64,000 nt of DNA, taken from assembly GCA_963806535.1 (NCBI GenBank), contig CAWDYC010000011.1, forward strand, positions 166,309 through 230,308. The letters run 5' to 3'. Source of the stretch: Candidatus Bathyarchaeota archaeon (GTDB taxonomy: Archaea; Thermoproteota; Bathyarchaeia; Bathyarchaeales; Bathycorpusculaceae). Each line of letters begins with the position of its first letter. Positions within the stretch are counted from its first letter, which is position 1. Below the pieces are notes generated by a model, which had not been told where the DNA came from, did no database searches, and saw nothing but the letters and a program-made list of their open reading frames with translations. Below, piece by piece: positions 45,041-54,437 of this stretch. The translations under genes and the position numbers were made by a program.

Positions 45041-45195
45041 GCTTTTTTCACCTCCCTTACAGGTTCTTTGTGTTCGTAGTAACTTTGAACCTCAGCCCAG
45101 GATACGTTTTGAATGTCGTTTCCATGTGCCGATTGATGATCGCGTAACTCGTAGACCCGAACACGCTCACCGCAGGATTTGCAGAAAAGAGGCAT
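45037..45195 (-). CDS. Small C2H2 zinc-finger-like protein
   Basis: MPLFCKSCGERVRVYELRDHQSAH..., translated by hand. Confidence 0.5.
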   Translation of the reverse strand: MPLFCKSCGERVRVYELRDHQSAHGNDIQNVSWAEVQSYYEHKEPVREVKKA

Positions 45196-45773
45196 ATTAA
45201 GCACCTTCACAACGCTTGAACATTACAGCAGAAACAACCTTCAGCATGACTTCATTGAAGCGTTTCTTCACTGCAGCCTTTGAAGTGCAACCGTCAAAAT
45301 CAGCGATTGTTAAAGGCAACTTATTTTCGCTGAAAGTTCTCTGCTTAATTTCCCATTCGCCCGGATCGTTTGAGCCCCGATAGTTAAGACTGCGTAAAGG
45401 TTGAAGACATCGATCTGAGAATCAAGCCAGCCTTTCAATCCAAGTATGTCGTTGATTTGTTCTTTCGTATACTTTGCCAACGTTAAGGCCTCCATTCTAC
45501 ATGAATCCAATTAGCTTTTTTAGAGACAATTTGTACGTTGACTTTGTAGCCGCTGTTTCTTCCGACCTTGATGAGGTGAGCAACTTCTTTGTCGTCATTT
45601 CTTACCATGAAGCCATGATTTGTTTTCTTCATCGGCTAGCCCTTCCATAGCTTTCTGTTTTGCAAGTCTGAAGGTAAACGCATCCATAGCAACCGTGGAT
45701 CTTGCGAGTACGCACGCTGTAGGTGCCAAAGCAGTCTTTTTCAGACTGAGACTTAACAACAGAAGACATCATT

Positions 45774-46112
45774 TTAAGCCCCCACTGGCTTGCACTGGCT
45801 GCAGTAGTAGAGTGTTTCAAAGTGGCCGTTGCAGTTCTTTGAAGATCCGTTGACAACAACTGCGCGGATTACAGCTTTGCTGCCAACCTCGATTTCTTTG
45901 TTGCATCCTGAGCATTGGTGAACTACACGAGTGACAACAACCTTTGGTTTTTTTGAGGCATAGTAAGTCTGAGTTTTTGCTCGTTCGTCAGCTGCTGCTT
46001 TCTCTTCGGCTTGACGTTGGGCACGTTCTAACTTGTATTGCTCGTAGGCTTGAGCGATTTTCTCGTTTTTTTCTTGAGTTAAGATCATCATTTTAATTCG
46101 CCTTTGGTACAC
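45774..46112 (-). CDS. Element zinc-ribbon protein
   Basis: HQCSGC...YYCSQC. Confidence 0.6.
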   Translation of the reverse strand: MYQRRIKMMILTQEKNEKIAQAYEQYKLERAQRQAEEKAAADERAKTQTYYASKKPKVVVTRVVHQCSGCNKEIEVGSKAVIRAVVVNGSSKNCNGHFETLYYCSQCKPVGA

Positions 46113-46156
46113 TAAGTATACTGCATAACAAAGTATATATACTTTGTGTACTTAGT
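46111..46156. promoter_or_regulatory. Palindromic divergent promoter/operator
   Basis: Perfect 20-bp palindrome acaaagtatatatactttgt (46128-46147) inside the inverted pair actaagtatac/gtgtacttagt. Confidence 0.7.
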
Positions 46157-46204
46157 ACACTACATACCTAAAGTGTTAAAAATCACAACAATAGAAAGAG
46201 GTAT

Positions 46205-46356
46205 ATGAAAGTGACAATGAAAATAGACCAAGAAGTGAAAGCCGATCTTGAACGGATCGCCGGACAGATCCAGGCGAAACAGGCGGCAGCGTTACACTCT
46301 CCGACGCTGTACATTATCTCATAAAAGAACATCGAGAGAAAGAACGATCTGGATAG
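46205..46356 (+). CDS. RHH repressor-like protein (one A missing in a homopolymer)
   Basis: MKVTMKIDQEVKADLERIAGQIQAKTGGSVTLSDAVHYLI after indel correction. Confidence 0.6.
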
Positions 46357-46634
46357 GTGATTTTATGAGTGAAAACGAAAGAACTGCAAAAATGACAGAT
46401 GCCGATTGGATACGGTTGACGCATTATTTGGAAGCTAGGTTTCCTGAATTGAAAAACAAAAATCATCAATAAAAATTCCGCTGATTCGGCGGAATTAAAA
46501 TCCGTTTTTTGCGCTTCTAAACTATGTAGGAAACACTCATCTTTTTTATGTCTCAAACCTAGCCTAATTGGTTCAGAAAGTGCTTGTCTCAAAAGATACA
46601 AGCATTGATTCTCTGAGAATACCCTTTGCAGATT

Positions 46635-47200
46635 TTACTTTAAACCGCCAGACTTCTTAATGTACCAAGCAATACCTGTTAAATCAAAAGCCAACGTAGA
46701 CGGCGCCAACTGCAAAAGCCTAGATAAATCCGGTTCATGATAGACATAGCCAAGCAACCAAAGATTCTGCGCTTCAACATTGTGTTCAAACCATATATCT
46801 AAGATTTCTGAGGTTGAGGCGACAAAAAACGGCGATCTGCCCTAATATGTTTCATCAAAGCTCCAGAAGCCACAGGATCCAGATTCTTCACTTTCTCAAA
46901 AGTAATTGCAGAATTTGCTTTACTCAGCATCTTATATAACACGTGCAAACCTAGGTCAAAGGGGTCGGTCATTCCTTGGAATTCATGTGTTTCTTCAGTT
47001 GTTAATTCCATGTACTCTACTTTGCCAAGGCCTGGGATCACTACAGAAAGCATTTTTTTGGGGTCCACTTGGAAATCGTCGATGTTGAAAGCTTGCAGTG
47101 CCCAATCAATTTTTTTTTCGTGTTCTTCAAACTGTTTTTTAAAGTCTTTCTTAGGGGATTTAGTTTTTTGGTTTTTTTCTATATGTTCTGGATTTTCCAT
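46635..47200 (-). CDS. Tail assembly chaperone G (46799-47200) with -1 frameshift extension T
   Basis: T-TTT-TTG slippery heptamer at 46829-46823; -1 frame open to stop at 46635 with no ATG. Confidence 0.65.
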
Positions 47201-47398
47201 ATTTTCTACTCCTTTTGTTATTGATGATTACGGGTACTATGGCCATAATCGGCACATTGAACTGAGGCAAAAGAGGCACGAATTCAACTGGTGTAAATCA
47301 GAATAAGTCAGATCCAACAAGAGCTTCTAACTTGAACTCTGGAACCTCTATAGCGGGCTGTGCATGTTTCAATCGTTCGCGTAATGTTTTTGCCATAC

Positions 47399-49176
47399 TT
47401 AACTTCTCTTTTGTTGTAATCGTCCTTGAGCCTCAGCAGTTGCAACTACAAAAGCTTGACCTGTTCCATTTCTAACAGCATCAGTCATAATGCTGAGAAT
47501 TTGCTGCGGGTTAGTGCCGTTCTGGATAGTAACATGAAACACTGGCGCTGCAGTCAACGTAACCGGTGAACTGCCAGCCCCGCCTACGTTACCAACAGAA
47601 ACCATGTCTAACGGAGAAACGCCTGACGCACCTAAAACACTGCTGTTATTGCCGCTGAGTGGAACCACAGCTTCAGGACCCGCTTCACCGATTAACGCTA
47701 AAGTAGGTGAATAAACAATCCCGCCTTCAGCTAACCCAATGCTTTTTAATGCCCCTCCGATGGCGCCGCCAATCGATTTCCCCACATTCATAACAGTGTT
47801 AACTCCATCAATCAACGGCTTCAAAACCGACATAACACCATTAATCGCTGTTTTGAAAGCACCTTCTAAAAAGTTTCCAACAGGAACCAACACGTTATTC
47901 CATAGCCAAGATAATGCGTCTTTTACATCGTTGAAAGCGTCTTTTAGCAGATCGATCGGCGTCATTAATGCTTCAATGGCTACTTGGAAAACCTCTCCTA
48001 AAAAGTGGCCCACAGGCACAAAAACGTTGTTCCAAAGATACTCTAAGGCCCCTTTGACGTCATTGAAAGCTGTTGTTAATGCACCTTCAAGTATGCTGCC
48101 GATCTCGTTTATTGCATCTCGGAAAGGCTTGCAGGTTTCATAAGCTGTGATTAAAGCACCGATCAATATGCCGATAATTGTGATTATGCCAAGGGTTGAA
48201 CTGAAGAATTCCATAGCGTCGCCGGCAAGAGTGGTAGCTGAAGCCGTCAAACTGAAGCCTTCAGGCAACGTAGCAAGAATTGAACTTACACCTGTAATCG
48301 CTGAAGTAACACTTGGAACAACACTTAACCCCGTCATAATCAAAGTACGGTTCATGTTGTTTGAAGCGTCAGTTACCCGTTCATGCGCAACCGTCAAAGC
48401 AGCTTGAGCAGCAGAAAGCCTATCAGATGCATCTTTGGCTTGTTGACTATTTGGACCGTACTTCGTAACAGCCTCATTATATTTTTCTGTTGCTGACTGC
48501 ACTGCATTTGTATCTCTTGAAACAGTCACGTTAGCTTTGTCAAGGGTAGTCTGAGCACCCTCTAAATTGTAAACGGACATTCCTAAGGTTGCTATTCCTG
48601 TAGCTGCTTGAGAAGCCGCTAAAGCATTATCTTTCAAACTTGAAGTAGACTTATCTGTTTCTTCTGACCCCATAGAAACAGTAGGCGCATTAACAGTGAC
48701 GTTACTGCTTGCTTGAGTCATGCTAGATTGAATATTTCCTGCGGCTTCTTGACCTGCAGTCTCAATTTGCTGAAAACTTGAAGAGAAGCCGCCAACGTTT
48801 ACATCAATATTTTCAAATGATGTTTGTAGAGAACTAGCTGTTTCTTCACCTGTAGTATTTATTGATTCAAAACTTGAAGAAAAATTGGTTACGTCTAAAT
48901 TGACGCCTTCAAAGTTACCCTGCAATTGACTGACAGTTAATTGGCCGTCCGTTACAATTGAACTGAAACTTGATGAAAAAGCAGATCCAATCTCGCCACT
49001 AGCTGTTTGACCTTCCCCAACAACAGTGTTAAAAGCGTCAGTTAAAGAACTATCAATTGAACTGCCGAGGTCCTCAAAACCACTAAGAAGCGTCTGCACG
49101 CTCTGACCAATCTGGCCAAAGCCTCAGTTGCCGAGTCATCAATCGCAATCTTCGCGCTAAGCGTTGGCTCACTCAA
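47399..49176 (-). CDS. Tail tape-measure-like protein (about 590 aa; indel near 49110)
   Basis: A/S/T-rich helical repeats, W/F-spaced repeats and AEGGIVYSPTLALIGEAGPEAVVPL; TTG start after ggtga. Confidence 0.85.
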
Positions 49177-49182
49177 TTAAAA

Positions 49183-49539
49183 TCACCATTCATACAGCTC
49201 CTGCAAAAGCATTTGACGCCAAAGAACTGTAAGTCTTAATTCAACCTCGGCTAAAGCAGGCCTCAAAAACGGTTGAGCACGCATTCTAGATGTCCCAACT
49301 TCAATAAATGGGGCATATAGTACATCTGATTCAACTATGCAAACATTGGTTTCAGGATGTATAACAGTTAGACTTCTCTGCAATTTACCGGTTCTAACTG
49401 GAACAATCTCTTTAGCTCGGTCGACAACCATCTGAGCGGCAGCAACACATACTTGATCGGCAGACTCATGAAGCACCTGGGGAAGCTTAGCTAACAAGTC
49501 TTTGAAGCTATCAGCGCCGGCAATAGTTACGCTAAACAA
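49183..49539 (-). CDS. HK97-gp10-like tail/neck protein
   Basis: VPVRTGKLQRS...YAPFIEVGTSRMRAQPFLRPA. Confidence 0.9.
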   Translation of the reverse strand: MFSVTIAGADSFKDLLAKLPQVLHESADQVCVAAAQMVVDRAKEIVPVRTGKLQRSLTVIHPETNVCIVESDVLYAPFIEVGTSRMRAQPFLRPALAEVELRLTVLWRQMLLQELYEW

Positions 49540-49751
49540 AACAAAAACTCCTTGCTTGAAGATATTACAACTAATATGCAATTGCATAATGGTTGTAATG
49601 ATGGTTTAGATTTACGAGTGTTCTGTGCTTCGTGTTTGCCCCGCCGGCTGGTGAGGCAGGTCAGGTAAGTCCTTAGGGACGAAAGTGTGACAAAATTGAC
49701 AAAAGACCCTTCGGCTGATTTTTTCGGGTATGCAACAAACACAGAATCACC

Positions 49752-50510
49752 TCACTTAATCTGGTCCTTGCTTGTTGTGACTTTATGCGTTGGAAAATCA
49801 AAGCGTATAGAAGCAAGATTAACAATGTTGCTGCATCCTTTGCATTTGAAAGATTGGTCAGTGATGTGGCCTTTTGGAAAAACGAGTTTTTCACCGCAAT
49901 GAGGACAATAAACTGGCAGTTTCTTAAGCTGTAAATTGCCGTCTTTATCGATCTCGTAATAGTCTAGGTTAATGTTGTCAGGGTTACTCAATTCATCGAT
50001 AGCCTCTGAGATTACATGGAAAGCCTGAAGTTTACCTTGGGCTTCAGCTGCTACTTTTTGCAGTTCAAAGCTTGTATGTTGATAGTGGTAAGCGATAGCG
50101 TCAGCGTAGCCTGCACTGTAATATTTCTCCCGTATTTTTGCAGCGTCAGCGTTAGTTATGTTTTCTTGCTTAATCAGGGAATTAGCTTCGGCGATTTCTT
50201 TTTCAGCGCCTTCTCTTAATTGAACCCATTTTTTCAACTCAGCAATCACTGTATCTCTCTCTGCAACGGCAACTTTGACCTGAGTTTGTTCTGAAATGGC
50301 CCAATGTGCTAAGGTAGTTATTAACCCAGTTAATACTTGAGTTTCAATGCTTTTAATGGGGTAACTTTTTGCATGAAAGGCTTGCTTGAAAGCTAACTGA
50401 ATATTTCTAGGAGCTGCCAATACCCCTAAAGCTTCATCAAGAGACATTTTCGGTTTGCTACTCATTTTCTCGTTCTCTAACAATAGAATTTTTAGACAAA
50501 AACTCATCAT
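49752..50510 (-). CDS. Coiled-coil protein with C-terminal zinc ribbon
   Basis: Helical body; CPHC...CKGC. Confidence 0.65.
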   Translation of the reverse strand: MMSFCLKILLLENEKMSSKPKMSLDEALGVLAAPRNIQLAFKQAFHAKSYPIKSIETQVLTGLITTLAHWAISEQTQVKVAVAERDTVIAELKKWVQLREGAEKEIAEANSLIKQENITNADAAKIREKYYSAGYADAIAYHYQHTSFELQKVAAEAQGKLQAFHVISEAIDELSNPDNINLDYYEIDKDGNLQLKKLPVYCPHCGEKLVFPKGHITDQSFKCKGCSNIVNLASIRFDFPTHKVTTSKDQIK

Positions 50511-50793
50511 GGCGCCGCAAAGCCTCCAATGCCTGAGCCCTCACTCGCTTGCAGATGCCCTCACGTTCTTTAAACGGTAAATCACTGAAAAGAACCTGAA
50601 TGCCATGAGATCTGCAGTAATCCCTTAGCCACCTTTGATGTACCTCTAACTCAGTTAACCCGGGAAATTCCTTCTTTAAATAAATGGAGTGTTTGTAGAC
50701 CTTGCGATATTTTCTCTCGCAGAGGCCACAGCGAAGTTTAGGCCGTCCTGCTCTTCTGAACTGGCAGAGTAGCAGGGCAGTCTAAGCATTGCG

Positions 50794-51282
50794 TCAACGG
50801 CCGTCACGCCAGAATTTTTCCTTAGTAACAAAGATAGTCACAAGTGCACTCTGCCATCGAGGGCAGGGTTGGCCGTTAGCGAAGCAGGGATATCCTTTTT
50901 TGAATTTTCGTGTAGCATCTCGATTAGACTTTGGGGTTAGCTCCGGCTCAGTAAAATTGATTTTGCAGCATACGCTAATCATGTCGAAAAATTGTGGCCT
51001 TTGAACGATTTTTGCAAGTTCAGGACCATTAAGCCTTATGCTTTCAGCTTTTGATCGCTCAACAGCCTCGGGCGACTCAGCGGCAGAAATGTAGTAGCCA
51101 TGTATGCAGGATACGCAGCACCCAGTCTTAGTGCATAATTTGCAGTTTTGCAGCGTCATATCATAGAAGATGCAGGGTTCAGGCTGAGTAATCGCTGTTA
51201 GTTCAGGTTCTTTTTCCAATTCTTTCACCTCTTGGATAACTTGAGTTTTTGTTTTCTTTTTGAATGGATTTCTAAAATTCAT
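50794..51282 (-). CDS. Cys-rich element protein
   Basis: CKLCTKTGCCVSC and CFANGQPCPRW. Confidence 0.6.
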   Translation of the reverse strand: MNFRNPFKKKTKTQVIQEVKELEKEPELTAITQPEPCIFYDMTLQNCKLCTKTGCCVSCIHGYYISAAESPEAVERSKAESIRLNGPELAKIVQRPQFFDMISVCCKINFTEPELTPKSNRDATRKFKKGYPCFANGQPCPRWQSALVTIFVTKEKFWRDGR

Positions 51283-51285
51283 TTC

Positions 51286-51474
51286 TTAATTACCTCCATG
51301 ACTGCGAGCTCTAAACCACAGCATTTTCTCAGGGTTAGACTTGACAGAGTGCTCACGCTTACTGGTGTGGTCAATGTAGCATTGCTTGCAGTAAACCGGC
51401 TTGTCTGTTCTAGGAATAAACGGCAAAACAATCGGGGCGCCGCATACGCTGCATTTAGCATTAAAAACAGGCAT
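51286..51474 (-). CDS. CxxC-x17-CxxC domain protein
   Basis: CSVCG...PFIP..DKPVYCKQC. Confidence 0.8.
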   Translation of the reverse strand: MPVFNAKCSVCGAPIVLPFIPRTDKPVYCKQCYIDHTSKREHSVKSNPEKMLWFRARSHGGN

Positions 51475-51750
51475 CTAACGTTTAGCCTCCCAAAACTTGC
51501 AGGGTCCCCTCTCGGGAAAAGCTACTTTTGTTCTGTGCTTTGATGCCTGCAGGGGTCGATTAGGATCCAGGGTTAGGCAGCTTGGTTGAAAATCATGTTT
51601 GCACCAAAATGCAGTTGAGCCATCTGCCTCATAGTCGATAGGTGTCTCTTGGGATCTGCAATTGAAACAGCATCCGGGCATCTTACATTCTTTGCAGGCC
51701 TTCTGGCACTTCTCGATAGAAGCATGTGGGCCAGCTATGGAACCTGACAA
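51475..51750 (-). CDS. Cys-rich element protein
   Basis: CKECKMPGCCFNC and GPCKFWE; similar Cys pattern to 50794-51282; start uncertain. Confidence 0.55.
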   Translation of the reverse strand: MSGSIAGPHASIEKCQKACKECKMPGCCFNCRSQETPIDYEADGSTAFWCKHDFQPSCLTLDPNRPLQASKHRTKVAFPERGPCKFWEAKR

Positions 51751-51795
51751 AAAAGGGAAGGTTGCGCGGAGAGTGGTGACATCACCACAAAAAAC

Positions 51796-51818
51796 GGCTG
51801 CGAAATTATACCTTGAGT
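51796..51818 (+). repeat. attR direct repeat
   Basis: Identical to 43805-43827. Confidence 0.92.
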
Positions 51819-51882
51819 TTTGGAACTTAAAAATAAATCAATGTTCAAATAGTATCCTTGATGTATTTGTTTCCTGAGAAAC

Positions 51883-53178
51883 ATGTTGAAAAGATCGTTC
51901 GCATTGTTTTTAATTGTTCTTTTGGTTTGCTCTTTGTTTTTTGTTTTTAATGTCAACTCTGTTTCTGCAAGTACAAACCAAGTTTATTGGGGTGCTTGGG
52001 TTGGGGATTCACATATTGGAAATTACGGTTTACTTACCACTTTTGAGGATCAAGTTGGCAAGGGCGTTTCAATTTGGAATTGGATACAACTGTGGAATAG
52101 GCCACAAGATTCTGAAAACATCCCCACGTTTGATGTTAATTTGATGAATCAAGCTAGGCAGCACGGGGCTATTCCTATGATCAGCTGGACTCCAGAAGCA
52201 TGTGATAATAATGCCAACTTTGTTAATCTTCAAAGCATTTTATCAGGAAAAGAAGATGCTTATTTGACTGCTTGGGGACAGGCATCTGCTGCTTGGGGGC
52301 ATCCCTATTTTGTGCGCCTAATGTGGGAGTTTACAGGTAGTTGGACTGACAATACCCAGCAAAATCCCGGATATGGCTACTACCCATTGGGTAACGGCAA
52401 CACGCCCGCCACTTTTGTTGCTGCATGGCAATATATCGTCGATAAAGTTCGAGCTGCTGGTGGCACACAGATAAGTTGGATATGGTGCCCAGCCAATATC
52501 GGAGACTCCGTAAACACCCTGAGATCATTATATCCTGGCGATGCTTACGCAGATTGGGTGGGAACCGACGTCTACATTGGGCCAGGGCAGACTTTTGATC
52601 AAGGAGCACAAATTGAACTTCCCAATATTCAAACTGTAGCCCCAAACAAACCTGTAATGTTGCCAGAAACAGGTTACACAGGTAGCAATCCAGGTGCATA
52701 TTGGTCTAACCTTCTGACCAATTTATTGCCAAACAGTTATTCATATATCAAAGCTATAGTTTTATGGGAAAGACCTACCGGTGGTTTTACTGTTGTCGAT
52801 TCAGCAACTTTACCATTGTTTAAACAAGGAATTTCCTCAAACTATTATTCCTCAAACATCTATGATTCTCTCAATACTTCACCCATCACGGCAATAGGGG
52901 AAACTCCAAATCCTACGTTTCCTACTTCAACTCACATTTATCCGTCCGCTTCTCCTTTGGGCACTTCAACTTCTTCAAACAACCCTGTGATATCTTCTTG
53001 GTTTAATTGGTATTTTGCTTTTGTTGCAATCCTAATGGCTGCCTTCGCTGTTGTAGCAGTTGTTCTTAAAAATCTTAGAAAGGGAAGGGCGCGGATAAAA
53101 GAGGCCGTTACAGAGAAAACGGATGCGAGATTGTCTCATGAAATTTTTTTCACAAAAAATAAGAATATATTATTTTAA
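51883..53178 (+). CDS. Membrane-anchored GH26-like glycoside hydrolase
   Basis: PMISWTP, RLMWEF, YPGDAYADWVGTD and KPVMLPETG; S/T/P linker and TM helix. Confidence 0.85.
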   Translation: MLKRSFALFLIVLLVCSLFFVFNVNSVSASTNQVYWGAWVGDSHIGNYGLLTTFEDQVGKGVSIWNWIQLWNRPQDSENIPTFDVNLMNQARQHGAIPMISWTPEACDNNANFVNLQSILSGKEDAYLTAWGQASAAWGHPYFVRLMWEFTGSWTDNTQQNPGYGYYPLGNGNTPATFVAAWQYIVDKVRAAGGTQISWIWCPANIGDSVNTLRSLYPGDAYADWVGTDVYIGPGQTFDQGAQIELPNIQTVAPNKPVMLPETGYTGSNPGAYWSNLLTNLLPNSYSYIKAIVLWERPTGGFTVVDSATLPLFKQGISSNYYSSNIYDSLNTSPITAIGETPNPTFPTSTHIYPSASPLGTSTSSNNPVISSWFNWYFAFVAILMAAFAVVAVVLKNLRKGRARIKEAVTEKTDARLSHEIFFTKNKNILF

Positions 53179-53435
53179 AGTTTTTTGTAAACCACATCTT
53201 TTTCCTTAACTGGTTGTGCCACTTTTAATCCGATGCTTTGTCCTCCTTCGGCTCGTTGGATTCCTGCTCTGTCTATTTGCATGGATTCTACGATTTGTTC
53301 AAAATCAGTGGAGGGTCCTTTGATAAGGATAAGGTCGCCAACGTTCAGAGGTAATGTCAAGTCTAATACTGCTACTCTGATTTTGGGGAAAAAGTGTGCA
53401 ATATGGCCTATTTCGATTATGTCGTCTTCAATCAA
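53175..53435 (-). CDS. Translation-factor-like beta-barrel protein
   Basis: IGHIAHFFPKI.VA...LNVGD...VESMQID. Confidence 0.75.
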   Translation of the reverse strand: MIEDDIIEIGHIAHFFPKIRVAVLDLTLPLNVGDLILIKGPSTDFEQIVESMQIDRAGIQRAEGGQSIGLKVAQPVKEKDVVYKKL

Positions 53436-53987
53436 CCATTTTCACCTGCATTAATTGGTATATTTGAAGTTACTAAAAAGATTTGTCTTAAAGTATTAAG
53501 AAATAATTTTTACGATTTTGAAATATTCCACTCAAAATTTTATTAAAATCTAAAAATAGGATGCTTATTTAGAAATTTGGTTGTTTTTTTAGGCTTAAGC
53601 TGTGACAATTAAGAAATTGTTGGTTTACCAGCCTGATGTTGCGTCGTCGCCAGTTTGCTCCAGCTGCTTTCTTTTCTTCGTCGCTAACATCTGGCGGAAT
53701 ATTGACTTGATGATGGCTTTCTTCGATTATTTCTCTTTTCTTCTTTCGCTGTTGAATAGTGAATTCTCCCTTCTTTTTCTTTTCCATGAAATATATCACC
53801 TCGAAAAACGTTTTAGTAAAACTATTGTTCGGCTGGTTCCATTTTATTTTTTGGTTTGGCTTATTTCTTTATATTAAAAGATAGTTGAAATTTGGCGTAT
53901 TAACATAAGTGATTGTGCATAAGCAACAACAAAGAAAAAATTCAGATAATAAAATCTGGGCAGAAAATAAATAGGGGAATTTAGGTG

Positions 53988-54437
53988 TTAAAAAGGACTA
54001 GATAACTCTTTGACTCTGGTTTCAATGAATTCTGCTACTTTTTGTTCACTAAATTGTCTTTCTTCTTCTTGCAATTGCAGTTGTTCTTTCACTGTGTTTA
54101 GAAGCTTTTCAACGTTTACAGGCTTGATTAGGTATGCGTCTGCATTCTTGTTTAAGGCTGTGATTGCATTTTGCATTGATGGATATCCTGTAACCATTAT
54201 TTTGCGTGTTCTTGGAGTAGCGTCCTTCATTAGTTTCAATAGTTCTACGCCTTCCATGTCCGGTAGCCGAATATCTAGTAAAGCAATGTTGTAAGCTGCT
54301 TTCTGAGTTTTCTCAACGGCTTCGTTTCCAGTTGCTGCTAAATCTACAATGTACCCTTCATCCTCAAGAATTGCTTTCATCGTGTTCCTTATGTTTTCGT
54401 CATCGTCGACAATGAGAACTTTGGCATTTCGATCCAA
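53988..54437 (-). CDS. Response regulator receiver protein
   Basis: VDDD, LDIRLP, TG and KP. Confidence 0.93.
   Translation of the reverse strand: MDRNAKVLIVDDDENIRNTMKAILEDEGYIVDLAATGNEAVEKTQKAAYNIALLDIRLPDMEGVELLKLMKDATPRTRKIMVTGYPSMQNAITALNKNADAYLIKPVNVEKLLNTVKEQLQLQEEERQFSEQKVAEFIETRVKELSSPF

Larger units (their letters stand above)
43805..51818. mobile_element. 8-kb integrated virus-related element (satellite or reduced provirus)
   Basis: 23-bp direct repeats, tail-related genes and many small overlapping ORFs. Confidence 0.85.

Noticed and set aside
49648-49690. Hammerhead-like gtcc-ttag-ggac-gaaa in the element's non-coding gap
   Set aside because: The core reads CAGGTAA rather than CTGANGA and stems I and III cannot be formed; the gap may still hold a cis site.
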